Shown here piece by piece: positions 1 to 15,300 of a DNA stretch of 64,000 nt. The position numbers were made by a program, and so were the translations under genes. The stretch is from Balanoglossus misakiensis (lineage: Eukaryota > Animalia > Hemichordata), in the NCBI GenBank assembly GCA_040954595.2, contig CM082598.2, positions 310,001-374,000 on the forward strand. Direction: 5' to 3'. Numbering within the stretch: position 1 is the first letter of the stretch; the number at the start of each line of letters is the position of its first letter. The notes beneath the pieces are model-generated. The model saw only the letters and a program-made list of their open reading frames with translations. It was not told where the DNA came from and searched no databases.

Positions 1-3000
1 TTTTCCACTTTCCGAAATTTCAAAATTTATCCATTTTTTCATAAAAATCATGGGTTATAGCCCATGAAAATCATCCAAAAATGACAATTTTTCCACTTTC
101 CGAAATTTCAAAATTTATCCATTTTTTCATAAAAATCATGGGTTATAACCCATGAAAATCGTCCAAAAATGACAATTTTTCCACTTTCCGAAATTTCAAA
201 ATTTATCCATTTTTCCATAAAAATCATGGGTTATAGCCCTTGAAAATCATCCAAAAATGACAATTTTTCCACTTTCCGAAATTTCAAAATTTATCCATTT
301 TTTCATAAAAATCATGGGTTATAGCCCATGAAAATCATCCCAAAATGACAATTTTTCCACTTTCCGAAATTTCAAAATTTATCCATTTTTTTATAAAAAT
401 CATGGGTTATAGCCCATGAAAATCATCCAAAAATGACAATTTTTCCACTTTCCGAAATTTCAAAATTTATCCTTTTTTTCATAAAAGTCATGGGTTATAG
501 CCCATGAAAATCATCCAAAAATGACAATTTTTCCACTTTCCGAAATTTCAAAATTTATCCATTTTTTCATTAAAATCATGGGTTATAGCCCATGAAAATC
601 ATCCAAAAATGACAATTTTTCCACTTTCCGAAATTTCAAAATTTATCCATTTTTTCATAAAAATCATGGGTTATAGCCCATGAAAATCATCCAAAAATGA
701 CAATTTTTCCACTTTCCGAAATTTCAAAATTTATCCATTTTTTCATAAAAATCATGGGTTATAGCCCTTGAAAATCATCCAAAAATGACACTTTTTCCAC
801 TTTCCGAAATTTCAAAATTTATCCATTTTTTCATAAAAATCATGGGTTATAGCCCATGAAAATCATCCAAAAATGTCAATTTTTCCACTTTCCGAAATTT
901 CAAAATTTATCCATTTTTTCATAAAAATCATGGGTTATAGCCCATGAAAATCATCCAAAAATGACAATTTTTCCACTTTCCGAAATTTCAAAATTTATCC
1001 ATTTTTTCATAAAAATCATGGGTTATAGCCCATGAAAATCATCCCAAAATGACAATTTTTCCACTTTCCGAAATTTCAAAATTTATCCATTTTTTCATAA
1101 AAATCATGGGTTATAGCCCATGAAAATCATCCAAAAATGACAATTTTTCCACTTCCCGAAATTTCAAAATTTATCCTTTTTTTCATAAAAATCATGGGTT
1201 ATAGCCCATGAAAATCATCCAAAAATGACAATTTTTCCACTTCCCGAAATTTCAAATTTTATCCATTTTTTCATAAAAATCATGGGTTATAACCCATGAA
1301 AATCATCCAAAAATGTCAATTTTTCCACTTTCCGAAATTTCAAAATTTATCCATTTTTTCATAAAAATCATGGGTTATAGCCCATGAAAATCATCCAAAA
1401 ATGACAATTTTTCCACTTTCCGAAATTTCAAAATTTATCCATTTTTTCGTAAAAATCATGGGTTATAGCGCATGAAAATCATCCAAAAATGACAATTTTT
1501 CCACTTTCCGAAATTTCAAAATTTATCCATTTTTTCATAAAAATCATGGGTTATAGCCCATGAAAATCATCCAAAAATGACAATTTTTCCACTTTCCGAA
1601 ATTTCAAAATTTATCCATTTTTTCCTTAAAATCATGGGTTATAGCCCATGAAAATCATCCGAAAATGACAATTTTTCCACTTTCCGAAATTTCAAAATTT
1701 ATCCATTTTTTCATAAAAATCATGGGTTATAGCCCATGAAAATCATCCAAAAATGACAATTTTTCCACTTTCCGAAATTTCAAAATTTATCCATTTTTTC
1801 ATGAAAATCATGGGTTATAGCCCATGAAAATCATCCAAAAATGACAATTTTTCCACTTTCCGAAATTTCAAAATTTATCCATTTTTTCGTAAAAATCATG
1901 GGTTATAGCCCATGAAAATTATCCAAAAATGACAATTTTTCCACTTTCCGAAATTTCAAAATTTATCCATTTTTTCATAAAAATCATGGGTTATAGCCCA
2001 TGAAAATCATCCAAAAATGACAATATTTCCACTTTCCGAAATTTCAAAATTTATCCATTTTTTCATAAAAATCATGGGTTATAGCCCATGAAAATCATCC
2101 AAAAATGACAATTTTTCCACTTTCCGAAATTTCAAAATTTATCCATTTTTTCATAAAAATCATGGGTTATAACCCATGAAAATCATCCAAAAATGACAAT
2201 TTTTCCACTTTCCGAAATTTCAAAATTTATCCATTTTTTCATAAAAATCATGGGTTATAGCCCTTGAAAATCATCCAAAAATGACAATTTTTCCACTTTC
2301 CGAAATTTCAAAATTTATCCATTTTTTCATAAAAATCATGGGTTATAGCCCTTGAAAATCATCCAAAAATGACAATTTTTCCACTTTCCGAAATTTCAAA
2401 ATTTATCCATTTTTTCGTAAAAATCATGGGTTATAGCCCATGAAAATCATCCAAAAATGACAATTTTTCCACTTTCCGAAATTTCAAAATTTATCCATTT
2501 TTTCATAAAAATCATGGGTTATAGCCCATGAAAATCATCCAAAAATGACAATTTTTCCACTTTCCGAAATTTCAAAATTTATCCATTTTTTCATAAAAAT
2601 CATGGGTTATAGCCCATGAAAATCATCCAAAAATGACAATTTTTCCACTTTCCGAAATTTCAAAATTTATCCATTTTTTCATAAAAATCATGGGTTATAA
2701 CCCATGAAAATCGTCCAAAAATGACAATTTTTCCACTTTCCGAAATTTCAAAATTTATCCATTTTTCCATAAAAATCATGGGTTATAGCCCTTGAAAATC
2801 ATCCAAAAATGACAATTTTTCCACTTTCCGAAATTTCAAAATTTATCCATTTTTTCATAAAAATCATGGGTTATAGCCCATGAAAATCATCCAAAAATGT
2901 CAATTTTTCCACTTTCCGAAATTTCAAAATTTATCCATTTTTTCATAAAAATCATGGGTTATAGCCCATGAAAATCATCCGAAAATGTCAATTTTTCCAC

Positions 3001-6000
3001 TTTCCGAAATTTCAAAATTTATCCATTTTTTCATAAAAATCATGGGTTATAGCCCATGAAAATCATCCAAAAATGACAATTTTTCCACTTTCCGAAATTT
3101 CAAAATTTATCCATTTTTTCATAAAAATCATGGGTTATAGCCCATGAAAATCATCCAAAAATGACAATTTTTCCACTTTCCGAAATTTCAAAATTTATCC
3201 ATTTTTTCATAAAAATCATGGGTTATAGCCCTTGAAAATCATCCAAAAATGACAATTTTTCCACTTTCCGAAATTTCAAAATTTATCCATTTTTTCATAA
3301 AAATCATGGGTTATAGCCCTTGAAAATCATCCAAAAATGACAATTTTTTCACTTTCCGAAATTTCAAAATTTATCCATTTTTTCGTAAAAATCATGGGCT
3401 ATAGCCCATGAAAATCATCCAAAAATGACAATTTTTCCACTTTCCGAAATTTCAAAATTTATCCATTTTTTCATAAAAATCATGGGTTATAGCCCATGAA
3501 AATCATCCAAAAATGACAATTTTTCCACTTTCCGAAATTTCAAAATTTATCCATTTTTTCATTAAAATCATGGGTTATAGCCCATGAAAATCTTCCAAAA
3601 ATGACAATTTTTCCACTTTCCGAAATTTCAAAATTTATCCATTTTTTCATAAAAATCATGGGTTATAACCCATGAAAATCGTCCAAAAATGACAATTTTT
3701 CCACTTTCCGAAATTTCAAAATTTATCCATTTTTTCATAAAAATCATGGGTTATAGCCCATGAAAATCATCCAAAAATGTCAATTTTTCCACTTTCCGAA
3801 ATTTCAAAATTTATCCATTTTTTCAAAAAAATCATGGGTTATAGCCCATGAAAATCATCCGAAAATGACAATTTTTCCACTTTCCGAAATTTCAAAATTT
3901 ATCCATTTTTTCATAAAAATCATGGGTTATAGCCCATGAAAATCATCCAAAAATGACAATTTTTCCACTTTCCGAAATTTCAAAATTTATCCATTTTTTC
4001 ATAAAAATCATGGGTTATAGCCCATGAAAATCATCCAAAAATGACAATTTTTCCACTTTCCGAAATTTCAAAATTTATCCATTATTTCATAAAAATCATG
4101 GGTTATAGCCCATGAAAATCATCCAAAAATGACAATTTTTCCACTTTCCGAAATTTCAAAATTTATCCTTTTTTTCATAAAAATCATGGATTATAGCCCA
4201 TGAAAATCATCCAAAAATGACAATTTTTCCACTTTCCGAAATTTCAAAATTTATCCATTTTTTCATAAAAATCATGGGTTATAGCCCATGAAAATCATCC
4301 AAAAATGACAATTTTTCCACTTTCCGAAATTTCAAAATTTATCCATTTTTTCATAAAAATCATGGGTTATAGCCCATGAAAATCATCCAAAAATGACAAT
4401 TTTTCCACTTTCCGAAATTTCAAAATTTATCCATTTTTTCATAAAAATCATGGGTTATAGCCCATGAAAATCATCCAAAAATGACAATTTTTCCACTTTC
4501 CGAAATTTCAAAATTTATCCATTTTTTCATAAAAATCATGGGTTATAGCCCATGAAAATCATCCAAAAATGACAATTTTTCCACTTTCCGAAATTTCAAA
4601 ATTTATCCATTTTGTCGTAAAAATCATGGGTTATAGCCCATGAAAATCATCCAAAAATGACAATTTTTCCACTTTCCGAAATTTCAAAATTTATCCATTT
4701 TTTCATAAAAATCATGGGTTATAGCCCATGAAAATCATCCAAAAATGACAATTTTTCCACTTTCCGAAATTTCAAAATTTATCCATTTTTTCATAAAAAT
4801 CATGGGTTATAGCCCATGAAAATCATCCAAAAATGACAATTTTTCCACTTTCCGAAATTTCAAAATTTATCCATTTTTTCATTAAAATCATGGGTTATAG
4901 CCCATGAAAATCATCCAAAAATGACAATTTTTCCACTTTCCGAAATTTCAAAATTCATCCATTATTTCATAAAAACCATGGGTTATAGCCCATATAAATC
5001 ATCCAAAAATGACAATTTTTCCACTTTCCGAAATTTCAAAATCTATCCATTTTTTCATAAAAATCATGGGTTATAGCCCATGAAAATCATCCAAAAATGA
5101 CAATTTTTCCACTTTCCGAAATTTCAAAATTTATCCATTTTTTCATAAAAATCATGGGTTATAGCCCATGAAAATCATCCAAAAATGACAATTTTTCCAC
5201 TTTCCGAAATTTCAAAATTTATCCATTTTTTCATAAAAATCATGGGTTATAGCCCATGAAAATCATCCAAAAATGTCAATTTTTCCACTTTCCGAAATTT
5301 CAAAATTTATCCATTTTTTCATAAAAATCATGGGTTATAGCACATGAAAATCATCCAAAAATGTCAATTTTTCCACTTTCCGAAATTTCAAAATTTATCC
5401 ATTTTTTCGTAAAAATCATGGGTTATAGCCCATGTAAATCATCCAAAAATGACAATTTTTCCACTTTCCGAAATTTCAAAATTTATCCATTTTTTCATAA
5501 AAATCATGGGTTATAGCCCATGAAAATCATCCAAAAATGACAATTTTTCCACTTTCCGAAATTTCAAAATTTATCCATTTTTTCATAAAAATCATGGGTT
5601 ATAGCCCATGAAAATCATCCAAAAATGACAATTTTTCCACTTTCCGAAATTTCAAAATTTATCCATTTTTTCATAAAAATCATGGGTTATAGCCCATGAA
5701 AATCATCCAAAAATGACAATTTTTCCACTTTCCGAAATTTCAAAATTTATCCATTTTTTCATAAAAATCATGGGTTATAGCCCATGAAAATCATCCAAAA
5801 ATGACAATTTTTCCACTTTCCGAAATTTCAAAATTTATCCATTTTTTCATAAAAATCATGGGTTATAGCCCTTGAAAATCATCCAAAAATGACAATTTTT
5901 CCACTTTCCGAAATTTCAAAATTTATCCATTTTTTCATAAAAATCATGGGTTATAGCCCATGAAAATCATCCAAAAATGACAATTTTTCCACTTTCCGAA

Positions 6001-8774
6001 ATTTCAAAATTTATCCATTTTTTCATAAAAATCATGGGTTATAGCCCTTGAAAATCATCCAAAAATGACAATTTTTCCACTTTCCGAAATTTCAAAATTT
6101 ATCCATTTTTTCATAAAAATCATGGGTTATAGCCCATGAAAATCATCCAAAAATGACAATTTTTCCACTTTCCGAAATTTCAAAATTTATCCATTTTTTC
6201 ATTAAAATCATGGGTTATAGCCCATGAAAATCTTCCAAAAATGACAATTTTTCCACTTTCCGAAATTTCAAAATTTATCCAATTTTTCATAAAAATCATG
6301 GGTTATAACCCATGAAAATCGTCCAAAAATGACAATTTTTCCACTTTCCGAAATTTCAAAATTTATCCATTTTTTCATAAAAATCATGGGTTATAGCCCA
6401 TGAAAATCATCCAAAAATGTCAATTTTTCCACTTTCCGAAATTTCAAAATTTATCCATTTTTTCAAAAAAATCATGGGTTATAGCCCATGAAAATCATCC
6501 GAAAATGACAATTTTTCCACTTTCCGAAATTTCAAAATTTATCCATTTTTTCATAAAAATCATGGGTTATAGCCCATGAAAATCATCCAAAAATGACAAT
6601 TTTTCCACTTTCCGAAATTTCAAAATTTATCCATTTTTTCATAAAAATCATGGGTTATAGCCCATGAAAATCATCCAAAAATGACAATTTTTCCACTTTC
6701 CGAAATTTCAAAATTTATCCATTATTTCATAAAAATCATGGGTTATAGCCCATGAAAATCATCCAAAAATGACAATTTTTCCACTTTCCGAAATTTCAAA
6801 ATTTATCCTTTTTTTCATAAAAATCATGGATTATAGCCCATGAAAATCATCCAAAAATGACAATTTTTCCACTTTCCGAAATTTCAAAATTTATCCATTT
6901 TTTCATAAAAATCATGGGTTATAGCCCATGAAAATCATCCAAAAATGACAATTTTTCCACTTTCCGAAATTTCAAAATTTATCCATTTTTTCATAAAAAT
7001 CATGGGTTATAGCCCATGAAAATCATCCAAAAATGACAATTTTTCCACTTTCCGAAATTTCAAAATTTATCCATTTTTTCATAAAAATCATGGGTTATAG
7101 CCCATGAAAATCATCCAAAAATGACAATTTTTCCACTTTCCGAAATTTCAAAATTTATCCATTTTTTCATAAAAATCATGGGTTATAGCCCATGAAAATC
7201 ATCCAAAAATGACAATTTTTCCACTTTCCGAAATTTCAAAATTTATCCATTTTGTCGTAAAAATCATGGGTTATAGCCCATGAAAATCATCCAAAAATGA
7301 CAATTTTTCCACTTTCCGAAATTTCAAAATTTATCCATTTTTTCATAAAAATCATGGGTTATAGCCCATGAAAATCATCCAAAAATGACAATTTTTCCAC
7401 TTTCCGAAATTTCAAAATTTATCCATTTTTTCATAAAAATCATGGGTTATAGCCCATGAAAATCATCCAAAAATGACAATTTTTCCACTTTCCGAAATTT
7501 CAAAATTTATCCATTTTTTCATTAAAATCATGGGTTATAGCCCATGAAAATCATCCAAAAATGACAATTTTTCCACTTTCCGAAATTTCAAAATTCATCC
7601 ATTATTTCATAAAAACCATGGGTTATAGCCCATATAAATCATCCAAAAATGACAATTTTTCCACTTTCCGAAATTTCAAAATCTATCCATTTTTTCATAA
7701 AAATCATGGGTTATAGCCCTTGAAAATCATCCAAAAATGACAATTTTTCCACTTTCCGAAATTTCAAAATTTATCCATTTTTTCATAAAAATCATGGGTT
7801 ATAGCCCATGAAAATCATCCAAAAATGACAATTTTTCCACTTTCCGAAATTTCAAAATTTATCCATTTTTTCATAAAAATCATGGGTTATAGCCCATGAA
7901 AATCATCCAAAAATGTCAATTTTTCCACTTTCCGAAATTTCAAAATTTATCCATTTTTTCATAAAAATCATGGGTTATAGCACATGAAAATCATCCAAAA
8001 ATGTCAATTTTTCCACTTTCCGAAATTTCAAAATTTATCCATTTTTTCGTAAAAATCATGGGTTATAGCCCATGTAAATCATCCAAAAATGACAATTTTT
8101 CCACTTTCCGAAATTTCAAAATTTATCCATTTTTTCATAAAAATCATGGGTTATAGCCCATGAAAATCATCCAAAAATGACAATTTTTCCACTTTCCGAA
8201 ATTTCAAAATTTATCCATTTTTTCATAAAAATCATGGGTTATAGCCCATGAAAATCATCCAAAAATGACAATTTTTCCACTTTCCGAAATTTCAAAATTT
8301 ATCCATTTTTTCATAAAAATCATGGGTTATAGCCCATGAAAATCATCCAAAAATGACAATTTTTCCACTTTCCGAAATTTCAAAATTTATCCATTTTTTC
8401 ATAAAAATCATGGGTTATAGCCCTTGAAAATCATCCAAAAATGACAATTTTTCCACTTTCCGAAATTTCAAAATTTATCCATTTTTTCGTAAAAATCATG
8501 GGTTATAGCCCATGAAAATCATCCAAAAATGACAATTTTTCCACTTTCCGAAATTTCAAAATTTATCCATTTTTTCATAAAAATCATGGGTTATAGCCCA
8601 TGAAAATCATCCAAAAATGACAATTTTTCCACTTTCCGAAATTTCAAAATTTATCCATTTTTTCATTAAAATCATGGGTTATAGCCCATGAAAATCATCC
8701 AAAAATGACAATTTTTCCACTTTCCGAAATTTCAAAATTTATCCATTTTTTCATAAAAATCATGGGTTATAGCC
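1..8774. repeat. 88-bp satellite DNA array, left domain (ATCCAAAAATG variant); runs off the window start
   Basis: Monomer TTTTCCACTTTCCGAAATTTCAAAATTTATCCATTTTTTCATAAAAATCATGGGTTATAGCCCATGAAAATCATCCAAAAATGACAAT recurs at 1, 89, 441, 1321 (multiples of 88). About 100 near-identical copies. Confidence 0.98.
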
Positions 8775-9385
8775 TCACTTTATATTGTAACCCACCCCAT
8801 CTAACGAAATATCGAGTGTAAAATGAAACTTTAAAGTTGTAAAAACTCTCGGACAACCCGAAAAACACGGTCCATGGATCGGGCCACGGAATGGCCGCCA
8901 TTGATCCCAGAGTCCTTTGCGAAACAGATTGTTCTATTCAAAATGGGGGTGTCCGGCTATGTTACTAGCGCCCCCAACACGTTTACATTGTCCTCACTTT
9001 TGTTTATTTGTTAAAAATGTACGACTATAGACTTTATATTGTAACCCACCCCATCTAACGAAGTAGCGAGTGTAAAATGAAACTTTAAAGTTGTAAAAAC
9101 TCTCGGACAACCCGAAAAACACGGTCCATGGATCGGGCCACGGAATGGCCGCCATTGATCCCAGAGTCCTTTGCGGAAGAGATTGTTCTATTCAAAATGG
9201 GGGTGTCAGGCTATGTTACTAGCGCCCCCAACACGTTTACATTGTCCTCACTTTTGTTTATTTGTTAAAAATGTACGAGTATAGACTTTATATTGTAACC
9301 CACCCCATCTAACGAAATAGCGAGTGTAAAATGAAACTTTTAAGTTGTAAAAACTCTCGGACAACCGGAAAACACGGTTACGGCC
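8775..9385 (+). mobile_element. Inserted non-coding element made of ~2.4 copies of a 254-bp unit
   Basis: CTTTATATTGTAACCCACC recurs at 8778, 9032, 9286 (period 254). It is unrelated to the 88-mer, and its reverse complement occurs at ~31549-32085. Mobility is inferred from the two dispersed copies. Confidence 0.8.
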
Positions 9386-12300
9386 CAAAATTTATCCATT
9401 TTTTCATAAAAATCATGGGTTATAGCCCATGAAAATCATCCGAAAATGACAATTTTTCCACATTCCGAAATTTCAAAATTTATCCATTTTTTCATAAAAA
9501 TCATGGGTTATAGCCCATGAAAATCATCCAAAAATGACAATTTTTCCACTTTCCGAAATTTCAAAATGTATCCATTTTTTCATAAAAATCATGGGTTATA
9601 GCCCATGAAAATCATCCAAAAATGACAATTTTTCCACTTTCCGAAATTTCAAAATTTATCCATTTTTTCATAAAAATCATGGGTTATAGCCCATGAAAAT
9701 CATCCGAAAATGACAATTTTTCCACTTTCCGAAATTTCAAAATTTATCCATTTTTTCATTAAAATCATGGGTTATAGCCCATGAAAATCATCCAAAAATG
9801 ACAATTTTTCCACTTTCCAAAATTTCAAAATTTATCCATTTTTTCATAAAAATCATGGGTTATAGCCCATGAAAATCATCCGAAAATGACAATTTTTCCA
9901 CTTTCCGAAATTTCAAAATTTATCCATTTTTTCATAAAAATCATGGGTTATAGCCCATGAAAATCATCCGAAAATGACAATTTTTCCACTTTCCAAAATT
10001 TCAAAATTTATCCATTTTTTCATAAAAATCATGGGTTCTAGCCCATGAAAATCATCCGAAAATGACAATTTTTCCACTTTCCGAAATTTCAAAATTTATC
10101 CATTTTTTCATAAAAATCATGGGTTATAGCCCATGAAAATCATCCGAAAATGACAATTTTTCCACTTTCCGAAATTTCAAAATTTATCCATTTTTTCATA
10201 AAAATCATGGGTTATAGCCCATGAAAATCATCCGAAAATGACAATTTTTCCACTTTCCGAAATTTCAAAATTTATCCATTTTTTCATAAAAATCATGGGT
10301 TATAGCCCATGAAAATCATCCGAAAATGACACTTTTTCCACTTTCCGAAATTTCAAAATTTATCCATTTTTTCATAAAAAGCATGGGTTATAGCCCATGA
10401 AAATCATCCGAAAATGACAATTTTTCCACTTTCCGAAATTTCAAAATTTATCCATTTTTTCATAAAAAGCATGGGTTATAGCCCATGAAAATCATCCGAA
10501 AATGACACTTTTTCCACTTTCCGAAATTTCAAATGTTATCCATTTTTTCATAAAAATCATGGGTTATAGCCCATGAAAATCATCCGAAAATGACAATTTT
10601 TCCACTTTCCGAAATTTCAAAATTTATCCATTTTTTCATAAAAATCATGGGTTATAGCCCATGAAAATCATCCGAAAATGACAATTTTTCCACTTTCCGA
10701 AATTTCAAAATTTATCCATTTTTTCATAAAAATCATGGGTTATAGCCCATGAAAATCATCCGAAAATGAAAATTTTTCAATTTATCCATTTTTTCATAAA
10801 AATCATGGGTTATAGCCCATGAAAATCATCCGAAAATGACAATTTTTTCCACTTTCCGAAATTTCAAAATTTATCCATTTTTTCATAAAAATCATGGGTT
10901 ATAGCCCATGAAAATCATCCGAAAATGACAATTTTTCCACTTTCCGAAATTTCAAAATTTATCCATTTTTTCATAAAAATCATGGGTTATAGCCCATGAA
11001 AATCATCCGAAAATGACAATTTTTCCACTTTCCGAAATTTCAAATTTTATCCATTTTTTCATAAAAATCATGGGTTATAGCCCATGAAAATCATCCGAAA
11101 ATGACAATTTTTCCACTTTCCGAAATTTCAAATTGTATCCATTTTTTCATAAAAATCATGGGTTATAGCCCATGAAAATCATCCGAAAATGACAATTTTT
11201 CCACTTTCCGAAATTTCAAAATTTATCCATTTTTTCATAAAAATCATGGGTTATAGCCCATGAAAATCATCCGAAAATGACAATTTTTCCACTTTCCGAA
11301 ATTTCAAAATGTTATCCATTTTTTCATAAAAATCATGGGTTATAGCCCATGAAAATCATCCGAAAATGACAATTTTTCCACTTTCCGAAATTTCAAAATT
11401 TATCCATTTTTTCATAAAAATCATGGGTTATAGCCCATGAAAATCATCCGAAAATGACAATTTTTCCACTTTCCGAAATTTCAAAATTTATCCATTTTTT
11501 CATAAAAATCATGGGTTATAGCCCATGAAAATCATCCGAAAATGAAAATTTCAATTTATCCATTTTTTCATAAAAATCATGGGTTATAGCCCATGAAAAT
11601 CATCCGAAAATGACATTTTTTCCACTTTCCGAAATTTCAAAATTTATCCATTTTTTCATAAAAATCATGGGTTATAGCCCATGAAAATCATCCGAAAATG
11701 ACAATTTTTCCACTTTCCGAAATTTCAAATTTTATCCATTTTTTCATAAAAATCATGGGTTATAGCCCATGAAAATCATCCGAAAATGACAATTTTTCCA
11801 CTTTCCGAAATTTCAAATTTTATCCATTTTTTCATAAAAATCATGGGTTATAGCCCATGAAAATCATCCGAAAATGACAATTTTTCCACTTTCCGAAATT
11901 TCAAAATTTATCCATTTTTTCATAAAAATCATGGGTTATAGCCCATGAAAATCATCCGAAAATGACAATTTTTCCACTTTCCGAAATTTCAAATTTTATC
12001 CATTTTTTCATAAAAATCATGGGTTATAGCCCATGAAAATCATCCGAAAATGACAATTTTTCCACTTTCCGAAATTTCAAATTGTATCCATTTTTTCATA
12101 AAAATCATGGGTTATAGCCCATGAAAATCATCCGAAAATGACATTTTTTCCACTTTCCGAAATTTCAAAATTTATCCATTTTTTCATAAAAATCATGGGT
12201 TATAGCGCATGAAAATCATCCGAAAATGACATTTTTTCCACTTTCCGAAATTTCAAATTTTATCCATTTTTTCATAAAAATCATGGGTTATAGCCCATGA

Positions 12301-15300
12301 AAATCATCCGAAAATGACAATTTTTCCACTTTCCGAAATTTCAAAATTTATCCATTTTTTCATAAAAATCATGGGTTATAGCCCATGAAAATCATCCGAA
12401 AATGACAATTTTTCCACTTTCCGAAATTTCAAAATTTATCCATTTTTTCATAAAAATCATGGGTTATAGCCCATGAAAATCATCCGAAAATGACAATTTT
12501 TCCACTTTCCGAAATTTCAAAATTTATCCATTTTTTCATAAAAATCATGGGTTATAGCCCATGAAAATCATCCGAAAATGACAATTTTTCCACTTTCCGA
12601 AATTTCAAAATTTATCCATTTTTTCATAAAAATCATGGGTTATAGCCCATGAAAATCATCCGAAAATGACAATTTTTCCACTTTCCGAAATTTCAAAATT
12701 TATCCATTTTTTCATAAAAATCATGGGTTATAGCCCATGAAAATCATCCGAAAATGACAATTTTTCCACTTTCCGAAATAACAAAATTTATCCATTTTTT
12801 CATAAAAATCATCGGTTATAGCCCATGAAAATCATCCGAAAATGACAATTTTTCCACTTTCCGAAATTTCAAAATTTATCCATTTTTTCATAAAAAGCAT
12901 GGGTTATAGCCCATGAAAATCATCCGAAAATGACAATTTTTCCACTTTCCGAAATTTCAAAATTTATCCATTTTTTCACAAAAATCATGGGTTATAGCCC
13001 ATGAAAATCATCCGAAAATGACAATTTTCCACTTTCCGAAATTTCAAAATTTATCCATTTTTTCATAAAAATCATGGGTTATAGCCCATGAAAATCATCC
13101 GAAAATGAAAATTTTTCCACTTTCCGAAATTTCAAAATTTATCCATTTTTTCATAAAAATCATGGGTTATAGCCCATGAAAATCATCCGAAAATGAAAAT
13201 TTTTCAATTTATCCATTTTTTCATAATAATCATGGGTTATAGCCCATGAAAATCATCCGAAAATGACATTTTTTCCACTTTCCGAAATTTCAATATTTAT
13301 CCATTTTTTCATAAAAAATCATGGGTTATAGCCCATGAAAATCATCCGAAAATGACAATTTTTCCACTTTCCGAAATTTCAAATTTTATCCATTTTTTCA
13401 TAAAAATCATGGGTTATAGCCCATGAAAATCATCCGAAAATGACAATTTTTCCACTTTCCGAAATTTCAAAATTTATCCATTTTTTCACAAAAATCATGG
13501 GTTATAGCCCATGAAAATCATCCGAAAATGACAATTTTTCCACTTTCCGAAATTTCAAAATTTATCCATTTTTTCATAAAAATCATGGGTTATAGCCCAT
13601 GAAAATCATCCGAAAATGAAAATTTTTCCACTTTCCGAAATTTCAAAATTTATCCATTTTTTTCATAAAAATCATGGGTTATAGCCCATGAAAATCATCC
13701 GAAAATGACAATTTTTCAATTTATCCATTTTTTCATAAAAATCATGGGTTATAGCCCATGAAAATCATCCGAAAATGACATTTTTTTCCACTTTCCGAAA
13801 TTTCAAAATTTATCCATTTTTTCATAAAAATCATGGGTTATAGCCCATGAAAATCATCCGAAAATGACAATTTTTCCACTTTCCGAAATTTCAAATTTTA
13901 TCCATTTTTTTATAAAAATCATGGGTTATAGCCCATGAAAATCATCCGAAAATGACAATTTTTCCACTTTCCGAAATTTCAAATTTTATCCATTTTTTCA
14001 TAAAAATCATGGGTTATAGCCCATGAAAATCATCCGAAAATGACAATTTTTCCACTTTCCGAAATTTCAAATTGTATCCATTTTTTCATAAAAATCATGG
14101 GTTATAGCCCATGAAAATCATCCGAAAATGACATTTTTTCCACTTTCCGAAATTTCAAAATTTATCCATTTTTTCATAAAAATCATGGGTTATAGCGCAT
14201 GAAAATCATCCGAAAATGACAATTTTTCCACTTTCCGAAATTTCAAAATTTATCCATTTTTTCATAAAAATCATGGGTTATAGCCCATGAAAATCATCCG
14301 AAAATGACAATTTTTCCACTTTCCGAAATTTCAAAATTTATCCATTTTTTCATAAAAATCATAGGTTATAGCCCATGAAAATCATCCGAAAATGAAAATT
14401 TTTCAATTTATCCATTTTTTCATAAAAATCATGGGTTATAGCCCATGAAAATCATCCGAAAATGACATTTTTTCCACTTTCCGAAATTTCAAAATTTATC
14501 CATTTTTTCATAAAAATCATGGGTTATAGCCCATGAAAATCATCCGAAAATGACAATTTTTCCACTTTCCGAAATTTCAAATTTTATCCATTTTTTCATA
14601 AAAATCATGGGTTATAGCCCATGAAAATCATCCGAAAATGACAATTTTTCCACTTTCCGAAATTTCAAATTTTATCCATTTTTTCATAAAAATCATGGGT
14701 TATAGCCCATGAAAATCATCCGAAAATGACAATTTTTCCACTTTCCGAAATTTCAAATTTTATCCATTTTTTCATAAAAATCATGGGTTATAGCCCATGA
14801 AAATCATCCGAAAATGACATTTTTTCCAATTTCCGAAATTTCAAAATTTATCCATTTTTTCATAAAAATCATGGGTTATAGCCCATGAAAATCATCCGAA
14901 AATGACAATTTTTCCACTTTCCGAAATTTCAAATTTTATCCATTTTTTCATAAAAATCATGGGTTATAGCCCATGAAAATCATCCGAAAATGACAATTTT
15001 TCCACTTTCCGAAATTTCAAAATTTATCCATTTTTTCATAAAAATCATGGGTTCTAGCCCATGAAAATCATCCGAAAATGACAATTTTTCCACTTTCCGA
15101 AATTTCAAAATTTATCCATTTTTTCATAAAAATCATGGGTTATAGCCCATGAAAATCATCCGAAAATGACAATTTTTCCACTTTCCGAAATTTCAAAATT
15201 TATCCATTTTTTCATAAAAATCATGGGTTATAGCCCATGAAAATCATCCGAAAATGACAATTTTTCCACTTTCCGAAATTTCAAAATTTATCCATTTTTT

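Noticed and set aside
8775-9385. Hammerhead ribozyme (retrozyme) or tRNA-derived SINE in the 254-bp unit
   Set aside because: No CTGANGA...GAAA core and no clear Pol III A/B boxes were seen on either strand; an Infernal search would settle it.
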